The notes beneath the pieces are model-generated. The model was not told the origin of the DNA. It searched no databases and worked only from the letters and a program-made list of their open reading frames with translations. Shown one piece after another: positions 20,523 to 29,200 of a stretch of 64,000 nt of DNA. Positions within the stretch are counted from its first letter, which is position 1, and each line of letters opens with the position of its first letter. Source of the stretch: Acidimicrobiaceae bacterium (GTDB taxonomy: Bacteria > Actinomycetota > Acidimicrobiia > Acidimicrobiales > Ilumatobacteraceae); assembly GCA_024641005.1 (NCBI GenBank), contig JAHEDX010000010.1, forward strand, positions 9,212-73,211, in the 5' to 3' direction. The translations under genes and the position numbers were made by a program.

Positions 20523-21214
20523 GTGGACGCTCCTGGCTCGTGCACCTGGCCGGCCACTACGTCGACGATCCGATCGGCCAGCGAACCGGCGCGTTCGAGT
20601 TCGTGGCTGGCGACGAGCACGGTCGCACCCGATCCGACCGCCTGGCGGAGCACCCCATCGAGTTCGTCACGGCCTGCCGCATCGAGCCCGGCATGGGGTT
20701 CGTCGAGGAGCCACAGTTCGGCCCGCCTCGCGACGAGACATGCGAGCGCTGTTCGCCGCTTCTGCCCCGCGGACAGCTTGGACACCACGACGTCACGAAG
20801 CCGGCCGTCGACGCCGAGCCGCGACATCGCTGCCTCGGCCTCGGCCGAGGTCGCTCCCACCGTCGACCCCCAGAATGTGACGTTCTCGAACACCGACAGA
20901 TCGCCGTAGAGACCGTTGCGGTGACCGAGCAGCCCGACCCTGGGCCGGATCGAATCGCGCTGGGTCGCCAGATCGAAGCCGAAGATCGAACCCGACCCTC
21001 GCGAGATCGGGAGCAGCCCTGCGCACATCCGAAGCAAGCTCGTCTTGCCCGCGCCGTTCGGGCCGCGGAGCAGAACGATCTCACCGACTCCGATCGACAG
21101 GGTGGCGCCGGCCAGCACCGGAAAGCCCCCGATGACCGCTACCGCATCGTCGAGCGCGACCACTGGAGCGGCGGCGACGCTGGGCGGGTTCGGCACTTCG
21201 GGCTCGACATCCAT
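20519..21214 (-). CDS. ccmA: Heme exporter ATP-binding protein CcmA
   Basis: GPNGAGKT, LSAGQKRR, LWLLDEP; first gene of the ccm operon. Confidence 0.92.
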   Translation of the reverse strand: MDVEPEVPNPPSVAAAPVVALDDAVAVIGGFPVLAGATLSIGVGEIVLLRGPNGAGKTSLLRMCAGLLPISRGSGSIFGFDLATQRDSIRPRVGLLGHRNGLYGDLSVFENVTFWGSTVGATSAEAEAAMSRLGVDGRLRDVVVSKLSAGQKRRTALACLVARRAELWLLDEPHAGLDAAGRDELDGVLRQAVGSGATVLVASHELERAGSLADRIVDVVAGQVHEPGAST

Positions 21215-21399
21215 GGGCGATTGAACACGTTAGAGCCCGATCGCCGTTGCACCCACTCCCACGTATCCGACCATTCCCGCTTTTCGGGCTCGACAGCCCA
21301 GGTCGGACGCCATGAGGGAGCCGGACAGCTCATGGCGCCGGCCGGTGCACACACCCTGCCGACGGCGACCGTGTCAGGCGAGCCAGTATCGTCCTCGCT

Positions 21400-22806
21400 G
21401 TGACGGACGAGTTGGCGGGAGGCGGATCGGACGAGGGCGTGCCGTCGCCGGACGCCACGCCGGCCGGGGCCGGTCCAGACGATCAGGCGGTCTCATCGGC
21501 TGATTCGCCCGCTCCACGCCGGGGCCGGCAACGGATCAGCAAGTGGGATCGCCCACCACCGCCCCACGACTGGCGCTACTTCGTCGGCACCCTCGGCAAG
21601 GTTCTGATCGCGACCGGCGTCCTCATGTTCGGCTTCGTCGGCTACCAGCTGTGGGGTACCGGGATCGAGACCGCTCGTGCCCAGAGCGCCCTCAAGAACC
21701 AGTTCGAGCAGCTCGTCACCGAACGCCAGGCACAACAGGACCAGTCGCCGGTCAGCGCGCCGACCACCGACGGCGGGGTCGACGCACCGGACAACTCGCC
21801 CGATGACACCTCCGGCCCGAGCGATGCGACGACCACCACCCAAGTCGACAGCCCGGACAGCTCCCCGACCGCACCGATCGACGAGGCACTCGTGCCGATC
21901 GATCAGGCGATCCCCAGGATCGAGCGCGGTGACCCACTCGCCCTGCTCGAGATCCCGGCGATCGGTCGCAGCGACATCGTGGTACCCGGGGTCACGCTCA
22001 ACGACCTCAAGGACGGCCCCGGCCATTACCCCGAGACACCGTTGCCCGGCCAACTCGGGAACGCGGCGATCGCCGGTCACCGCACCACCTACGGCGCGCC
22101 GTTCTTCAACGTCGACCAGCTCACCCCCGGGGACGAGATCATCGTCACGATGATCACCGGAGACCGCTTCGTGTACGAGGTCACCGGTTCGGAGATCGTT
22201 TCGGCATCGGACTACTGGGTGGTCACGACACGCGACCCCACGATTGCCGAGCTGACGCTCACGTCCTGCCATCCGAAGTACACCGCAAAAGAGCGCATCG
22301 TCATCCACAGCCGACTCAACCCGGCCAAGTCGTCGAAGGTCGGCATCCCCACCGCGCCCTATGACCTCGACTCCGGCGACGCGCAGATCGCGGTTGATGA
22401 TCCCGTGGTGACGACAGTGTCCGACACCACTCCGTCCACGGGCGACGTCGCCGCACCGGGCGATCAGCCGTCGGTCGTCGAACCCCCGTCGAGCGACGAC
22501 GATCTCGCTGCAGCGTCCGAACCAGGCGACGACGGTCGAGGCGACACGAGCGCGGTGACCGACACCGAGTCGCCCGACACCGAGGTCGGCGACGCGTTCA
22601 CGGTGGGCTGGTTCGCCGACCGGGGCGCGTTCGCTCAGATCGCCGTGTGGGGAATGGCGCTGACGTTGATCTCGCTGGCGGCCTATGCGATCAGCCGGCG
22701 ATACCGGCACGATTCGATCGGGTTCCTCGTGGGCATCGCACCGTTCTTGATCGCCCTGTACTTCTTCTTCCAGAACGTGAACCGGTTGCTGCCACCCGGG
22801 CTGTAA
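21400..22806 (+). CDS. Class E sortase with acidic low-complexity linkers and two C-terminal TM helices
   Basis: N-terminal TM; GPGHYP, AGHRTTYGAPF, LTLTSCHP...R catalytic triad. Confidence 0.9.
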   Translation: MTDELAGGGSDEGVPSPDATPAGAGPDDQAVSSADSPAPRRGRQRISKWDRPPPPHDWRYFVGTLGKVLIATGVLMFGFVGYQLWGTGIETARAQSALKNQFEQLVTERQAQQDQSPVSAPTTDGGVDAPDNSPDDTSGPSDATTTTQVDSPDSSPTAPIDEALVPIDQAIPRIERGDPLALLEIPAIGRSDIVVPGVTLNDLKDGPGHYPETPLPGQLGNAAIAGHRTTYGAPFFNVDQLTPGDEIIVTMITGDRFVYEVTGSEIVSASDYWVVTTRDPTIAELTLTSCHPKYTAKERIVIHSRLNPAKSSKVGIPTAPYDLDSGDAQIAVDDPVVTTVSDTTPSTGDVAAPGDQPSVVEPPSSDDDLAAASEPGDDGRGDTSAVTDTESPDTEVGDAFTVGWFADRGAFAQIAVWGMALTLISLAAYAISRRYRHDSIGFLVGIAPFLIALYFFFQNVNRLLPPGL

Positions 22807-22844
22807 CAACCTACCGACGCCCGATTCGAGCCGGGACCGATCGG

Positions 22845-23426
22845 TCAGCGGCGGGCGTCGCGGATACGAACGAAACTGAACGGCAGGCCGGAGACCAGCA
22901 TCTGGTCCATCAGCCTGCCGAGCCGCGCCGTGAATCGGAGTTCGACCTCGGCGGCGGCGTGCAGGCTGAGCAGATCGTCGAGCACCTCGACCGATTCGGG
23001 GTAGACAGCGTCGCCGCTGATGTACTGGCCATCCGCATCGCTCCAGGGGGCAAATGCCGAAGCATCGAACGAGTAGCGGTAGATGCTCGCGTCGCGTACG
23101 CGTTCGAGCCAATGGCACTCGGCTGCGCAGATCCGGCTCGACTCGGTGTTGAACATGTCGGTGAGCACGGTCTGCTGTGCCGCCGAGTTGGCCCACACAC
23201 TGATCCGCGGACAATGTCGCGGGAACCAATACAGCGGTGAGTGCCCGGCGTCGATCGCCCAGACCGCCGGTGGGTGGCTGGGGTTCGTCGGGGGCACATG
23301 CGGAGCGAAGCGCTTGATCGAACCGTCCTCGCTGTAGTGGTAGACGGTGGCGACGCCGGCGGCGTGCGCAGCTGGTGCCGCGTTCGCCTCGCGAATCAGT
23401 TCGCGTCGCTTGTCATCGGTCAGCAC
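22845..23426 (-). CDS. DUF6886-like hypothetical protein
   Basis: YHYSEDGSIKRFAP, VWAID.GHSPLYWFPRHCPRI, C-terminal FSFVR.RDA; GTG 6 nt after GATAAT. Confidence 0.65.
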   Translation of the reverse strand: MLTDDKRRELIREANAAPAAHAAGVATVYHYSEDGSIKRFAPHVPPTNPSHPPAVWAIDAGHSPLYWFPRHCPRISVWANSAAQQTVLTDMFNTESSRICAAECHWLERVRDASIYRYSFDASAFAPWSDADGQYISGDAVYPESVEVLDDLLSLHAAAEVELRFTARLGRLMDQMLVSGLPFSFVRIRDARR

Positions 23427-23451
23427 CGGAGGATTATCGCGCAGAAAGTGG

Positions 23452-24186
23452 TCATTCGCCACGAAATGCCGCGGAGCGCTTCTCGAGGAACGCACGGCGG
23501 CCCTCTTCAGCATCGTCACTGGCCCAGGCACGATGCCGTGCGTCTTCGACCGCCGGGTCTGCTTCGGGCTCGCCCGCCGACGATTCGAGAGCCAGCTTGT
23601 GGCCGGCGATGGTGAGCGGCGCCAGCCGGCTGATCGACGCTGCCCACTCGAGCGCTGTATCGAGCCCCCCGAGACGGTGTACGGAGCCCATCGCATGCAG
23701 TTGTGCGCCGGTGTAGGTCTCGGCGCCCAACAGCATCGCCCTGGCAACCGGCCAACCGAACTCGCGCGACAGCCGCTCGACCGTCCAATGGTCGACAACC
23801 AACCCCAGACGCGCCGCTGGCACGCCGATCTTGCTGTCGGCAGTGGCGACACGCAGGTCGCACACCGAAGCCAGTTGTGCCCCTGCCCCCAGCGCAGGGC
23901 CGTCGATCGATGCGATCACGGGCGCCGCCAGGGTCGTGAAACCGCGCAACGTGCGAGCAAGGTCCGAAGCGAAGACACCTTGTTCGACACCGTGCAGGTC
24001 CGCTCCGGCACTGAAGGCAGGCGGCGCCCCGGTCAGCACGACCACCCTGGCATTCGCGTTGGCCTCTTGGGCTGCGAGCAGCCCGAGCAACGTCTCGTGG
24101 TCGACGGCGTTGCGCCGGTCGGGTCGGTCCATGGTGATCACGACCACCCCATCACCGATGTCCGCGCGCAGTTCGACCCGTACCAT
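23452..24186 (-). CDS. Crotonase/enoyl-CoA hydratase family protein, EchA6-like
   Basis: DRPDRRNA, AFSAGADL, GPALGAGAQLA..CDLR, AFLEKR; both catalytic Glu positions substituted. Confidence 0.85.
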   Translation of the reverse strand: MVRVELRADIGDGVVVITMDRPDRRNAVDHETLLGLLAAQEANANARVVVLTGAPPAFSAGADLHGVEQGVFASDLARTLRGFTTLAAPVIASIDGPALGAGAQLASVCDLRVATADSKIGVPAARLGLVVDHWTVERLSREFGWPVARAMLLGAETYTGAQLHAMGSVHRLGGLDTALEWAASISRLAPLTIAGHKLALESSAGEPEADPAVEDARHRAWASDDAEEGRRAFLEKRSAAFRGE

Positions 24187-24447
24187 GCCCGCCACTGTAG
24201 AACGACATCTCGCCGACCTGGCCCCCGAGGGGTCGATCGTGCTCAGTTCGATCGAGGTGCGGCGCGACTCGGTCAGGCGTTCGAGGACGAATGCAGCCTC
24301 CCCGGCGTCCACCCCGAGTTGCTGCCGGTCGGATGCAGGCTGACCGCCGGCGCCATCGCCCGAGTCCACATGCGGGTGCGAGCGGCCATCCGGCCGAGGA
24401 CCGCGGTTCGAGAACACGGATTCGGCCCCTACGCTGGCGCTCACAGT

Positions 24448-24744
24448 ATGAGCCCGCCCAACCAGCCATCCGAATCGATCTCCCCCACCACCGCACACGA
24501 CCCTGTGCGCGAACGACGCGCCCAGGTCGCTCGTTGGACACTGCTCGCCAACCGGGTCGGTTACCTCGTCCTCGCACTGGCCATCACCTTGTTCGTGATG
24601 GCTTTCGTCTTCGGCTTCACGTCGATCATGGCGACACTGATCATCATCAGCCTCGTGGTGTCGTTCGCGCTCCTGGCGCCGAGCATCGTGCTCGGCTACG
24701 CCGTCAAAGCTGCCGAACGAGAAGATGTCGAACGCGGCGTGTGA
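24448..24744 (+). CDS. Small hypothetical membrane protein (2 TM)
   Basis: DPVRERRAQ, then two hydrophobic helices, then LGYAVKAAERED; GC-typical codon usage. Confidence 0.7.
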   Translation: MSPPNQPSESISPTTAHDPVRERRAQVARWTLLANRVGYLVLALAITLFVMAFVFGFTSIMATLIIISLVVSFALLAPSIVLGYAVKAAEREDVERGV

Positions 24745-24766
24745 ACGGGTTACCCTTGGGTAACTC

Positions 24767-25357
24767 ATGAGCTCCCCTCGTCTATCAGCCGACGCACGCC
24801 GCGAACAGATCCTCGACGTCGCCATCAATGTGTTCGGGCGCGCCGGCTACTACGGCGCTTCGATGAACGACATCGCCGACGCGGCCGGCGTCACGAAGCC
24901 CGTGCTCTACCAACACTTCGACTCGAAGAGTGACCTGTATGGGGCGTTGCTCGACGAGGTCGGTGCACGCATGCTCGACGCGATCACCAAGGCGACCGCC
25001 AATGCGGTCGATGGCAAGGAGCAGACCGAACTGGGCTTCCAGGCCTACTTCAGGTGGGTCGCACATCGCCACGACGAGTTCATGTTGCTCTTCGGTGGGA
25101 CCGCCCGCCACGACGGCGAGTTCAGCGGACAGATCCGAAGGATCACCGAAGCAGCGGCAGCCGCGATCGCCCCACTGATCGCAGTCGACATCGACCCCGA
25201 TCATCGCCGCACGCTCGCCCATGCCCTGGTCGGGCTGGCCGAAGGAGCCAGCCGCCGGTTGGTGGGGCTCGGTCAGGCATTCGAACCCGACGAGATCGCA
25301 CGCGAGGTCAGCGCCCTCGCCTGGGCCGGACTGCGCGCCACCCACCGCGTCACCTGA
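24767..25357 (+). CDS. TetR/AcrR family transcriptional regulator
   Basis: RREQILDVA...IADAAGVTKPVLYQHFDSK. Confidence 0.93.
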   Translation: MSSPRLSADARREQILDVAINVFGRAGYYGASMNDIADAAGVTKPVLYQHFDSKSDLYGALLDEVGARMLDAITKATANAVDGKEQTELGFQAYFRWVAHRHDEFMLLFGGTARHDGEFSGQIRRITEAAAAAIAPLIAVDIDPDHRRTLAHALVGLAEGASRRLVGLGQAFEPDEIAREVSALAWAGLRATHRVT

Positions 25358-25492
25358 CGCACACGCATCACCCACGGCATCGCCTGACGCAAACGCGCTC
25401 CTCGCTGAGAACCGGGAAGGCGGCACGACTGGCGGCGAGGCCCCGTCGAGATCGCTCTCAAGCTGCGCCGACGTTCCGCCGAAGGAAAGGAG

Positions 25493-26158
25493 ATGCTGAA
25501 TTTCCGTTACACGATCGCGGCGGCCGCCGTGGCGCCCGTCGCAGCGAACTCGGAGGCCGTTCCATCTGCTGCCTCGCGCGGCCCGGCGCTCAGCCTGCTG
25601 ATCGTGGCATCGCTCTCATTGCTCGTTCTGGGCCTCGCAGCGTTGCACGGCACGATCCGGCGCCGACCGGCGACCGGTGAGCTCGAGGCACTGGCATGGA
25701 GCGACAGCTTGACCGGTCTCGCGAATCGCAGGCGGCTCGATCACGACATCCTCGCCCACAGCCGGCACAGCGGTCCGAACGCCGTGATCATGGTCGATGT
25801 CGACCATTTCAAGTCGGTGAACGACACGTTCGGCCATCCCCATGGCGACGCGGTGCTCCGGGCCATCGGGGAAATGCTGGCGAATCAGATTCGGTACGAC
25901 GACGTCGTGTACCGATACGGCGGCGAAGAGTTCTGCATCCTGCTGCCCAATACCTCGACCGACGGCGCCCGCGTCGTCGCCGACCGGATCGTGAAGGCCG
26001 CCCGCTCGGTCACGCTGCCCGATGGCCGGCACATCACGGTGTCGGTCGGCGTTGCGGCCTCGAGCAAGGGCGACGTCTGCCTGGCGGTCGAAACCGCCGA
26101 CCAGGCCCTGTACGCCGCGAAAGACCGCGGCCGCGACCAGGCCGTCACCGCAGCCTGA
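25493..26158 (+). CDS. Membrane-anchored GGDEF diguanylate cyclase
   Basis: AAGGAG RBS; one TM; DSLTGLANRR, DVDHFKSVND, RYDD I-site, GGEEF, ADQALYAAK..GRD. Confidence 0.92.
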   Translation: MLNFRYTIAAAAVAPVAANSEAVPSAASRGPALSLLIVASLSLLVLGLAALHGTIRRRPATGELEALAWSDSLTGLANRRRLDHDILAHSRHSGPNAVIMVDVDHFKSVNDTFGHPHGDAVLRAIGEMLANQIRYDDVVYRYGGEEFCILLPNTSTDGARVVADRIVKAARSVTLPDGRHITVSVGVAASSKGDVCLAVETADQALYAAKDRGRDQAVTAA

Positions 26159-26238
26159 GCACCGACGATCCATCTCGACCAGGACGGTCTCGCAACGATC
26201 TACGCGGCGGGATACGCCGGGGCAGTACGTTCGACGGT

Positions 26239-29200
26239 TCAGCGTCGAAGCACCACACCTCGGTAGCCATCGGCAAACCCGACCGATCGCAAGGCCCCTG
26301 CGACCTCGTCGGGGATCGCCCCGCCGTCGACCTTACGAACCTCGACCGTGCGTTCGCGCCCGCCGCGCACCAGCTCGGCGAGCGCCGAAGCCCAGGAGAG
26401 ATCGTCGGCGCCGGCGGGAAACATGACGAGGTGGTGGGCGCGGCGATCAAACCATACGAGCGCCGCCCCCTGGTGCATCACCACCAGCGCCGATGCCGAG
26501 CGCGCCGGTCGACCGGCGGTGGTGGGCCAAGCGAGCGTGGCACCGAACGGCTGCGCCGGATCGGTGGCCGCGAGCACAATGGCCGCGGGCACACGGTCGG
26601 GTGAGATCTCGGCGTCGATCGCATCGCGCTCGGACCGCAGCCGGTCGACAGCCCCCGGCAACGCGAACTGGGCGGCTCCGAGGCCGGCAACGAAGTACCC
26701 GCGGCGTACGCTGCCTCGTTCTTCGAGCACCTTCATCACGCCGTACACCGACGCGTATCCGCCGAGGACGCCCTCGGCGAGCACCGTCTCGCGGGTGACG
26801 ACACCGTAGCGTTCGAGCAGCTGGAGGGCCTGGGCGTGGGCCGCCTCGGTCAGAGTGGGAACAGGCTCGAGCAGCGGTCGGACGAGGCTCCAACGGCCGG
26901 CAGCTGCGGGCGGCCCCAGACGCGTCAGCCGCCCCGGCCGGGGGCGTGCCCCGGACCGTCTGCTCGCGCGCTTGGGGACGACCCCTCCCCCGGCCAGCAG
27001 CGCCCTCAGAGGTGCGAGCGAATCGTTGGTGACCTCGCCCGCCCAGACGAGATCCCACAGCGCTACCAGGAGTTCGGTGTCGGTCGCGTCAGGGGCGGCC
27101 TCGCGAAGCTGCCCCCAGAAGCTGGCACCGCGGGCGGACAGATGGGCACGCACGGCGTGATGCAGCGCCTCGTCGGGTGGCTCGGGGCGCTCCCAACCCG
27201 GAGCGAGCATCGCGAGTTGATCGGCGAAGCACAGCCGAATCCTGCCGTCACGGCCACCGATCGCACCGACGCCAACCCACACCACCTCGCCGGACGTGCA
27301 CAGCTCGTCGAGCGAAGCGGCGCGATATGCCGCCACTCGGGACGGCAGGACGTCGGATTCGAGCGTGGACGCGACGATCGGTGCGCCCGCCAGCATCCCC
27401 AACGCCTCGACCAACGAATCGGCCCCGCGACGCTCGGCCGGGATGCCGTGCCAGGACGGCATGAAGCGAGCCAAGGCATCCTGCTCGACTGGCTCGACCT
27501 CTTTGCGCAACACCGCCAGCGAGCGGCGGCGGAGCTGACGGAGGACGTCGACGTCACACCACTCTCGCTGCACGCCGTCTGGCCGGAACTCGCCGAGCAC
27601 GACCCGGTCATCGGAACCGAGCGCTGCGATCGCCCCCTCGATCCGCTCGACCGGGGCCCCGAACCGACGAGCCACATCGACGGCCAGGAACGGGCCATGG
27701 GTTCGAGCGAAACGACCGACGAGCTCTTCGAGCGGACGCGCGACCGGATCGGTGAACGCCATCGGAAGGCCGAGTGGCAGAGAGCACCCGAGGGCATCGC
27801 GATAACGGGCGGCGTCTTGCGCAGCAACGAATCGCACCTGGTCGGCGACACCGATCTCGATCGCGCGCCGCTCGCTGATCAGGGTCGCCAGCCAGTCGGA
27901 CCCTGACGCATGCTCGCAGCGCACGTCGATCTCGGCAGCCGTGAGATCACCGACCTTGCGCAACACATCGTGCAACTCGTCCGCAGAGCGCGCCCGCCTC
28001 CCATCGGCGAGGCACTGCAGCTCGAGCTCGACATCGGCCAGGACCCCAGGGTCGAGCAGCTCACGCAGTTCTTCGGCCCCCAGCAGATCGTGCAACAGAT
28101 CACGGTCGAGCGACAGTGCGGCCGCACGGCGCTCGGCCAAGGGTGCATCGCCCTCGTACATGTACTGCGCGATCCAGTTGAACAACAGACTGGAGGCCAT
28201 GGGGCTGGAGGTCGCCGTATCGACCTGCACCAGCCGTAGATGCCGGGACTGCAGCTGTGCGAGCACCTCGCGCAACGCCGGGACGTCGAACACGTCTTGG
28301 AGACACTCGCGGGAGGTCTCGAGCAGGATCGGGAACGTCGGGTACTTCGAGGCGACCGCGAGCAGGTCGGCCGCCCGCTGGCGCTGCTGCCACAACGGCG
28401 TGCGCTGGTCGGGTCGGCGGCGGGGCAGCAGCAGAGCGCGGCCCGCGCACTCGCGGAACCGAGCCGAGAACAGCGACGTCTGGGGCAAGGCCGCCACGAC
28501 GAGTTCGTCGATGTCGGCCGGATCGATCACGAACACGTCGAGGTCGAGCGCGTCGGCCGATTCGGGGAGCCGGATCACGATGCCATCGTCGCCCCACATC
28601 GTCTCGACCGGGAGGTCGTAGCGCTCGATCAGGCGGCGCTCGATGGCCATCGCCCACGGCGCGTGGACCGGCGTGCCGAACGGGCTGAGCACGCAGACCC
28701 GCCAGTCGCCGATCTCGTCACGGAAACGTTCGACCACGATGGTGCGGTCGTCTGGCACGACACCGGTCGCCTCCGCCTGCTCGGTCAGATATTGGACGAC
28801 ATTGCCCGCAGCGAAATCGTCGAGCGAATAGTGATCGCGCAACCGTTCGGTGGCTTGGTCGACGGGAAGCGCATGGATCTCGCGCACGAACGCACCCAGC
28901 GCGCGTCCCAACTCGAGCGGACGCCCGGGCCGGTCTCCGTGCCAGAACGGCATCTTGCCGGGCTGTCCAGGCGCAGGCGTGACGGTGACCCGTTCGAACG
29001 AGATGTCCTCGATCCGCCACGTCGAGGCGCCGAGCAGGAAGGTTTCGCCCGGGCGACTCTCGTAGACCATTTCCTCGTCGAGCTCGCCGACGCGCGTGCC
29101 GTCAGGCAGGAACACACCGAACAGCCCCCGATCGGGGATCGTGCCGCCGCTCGTGACCGCCAGTCGTTTGGACCCGTCACGCGCGCGGATCACGTCGTTG

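Noticed and set aside
24187..24447. 260-bp gap that is open in frame with the EchA6-like gene
   Set aside because: A -10 box (TACAGT) lies 7 nt before ATG 24186 and the extension has no recognisable domain; treated as a divergent promoter region
25358..25492. Possible c-di-GMP riboswitch upstream of the GGDEF gene
   Set aside because: I could not fit the class I (GEMM) or class II consensus; only the short tandem duplication is supported
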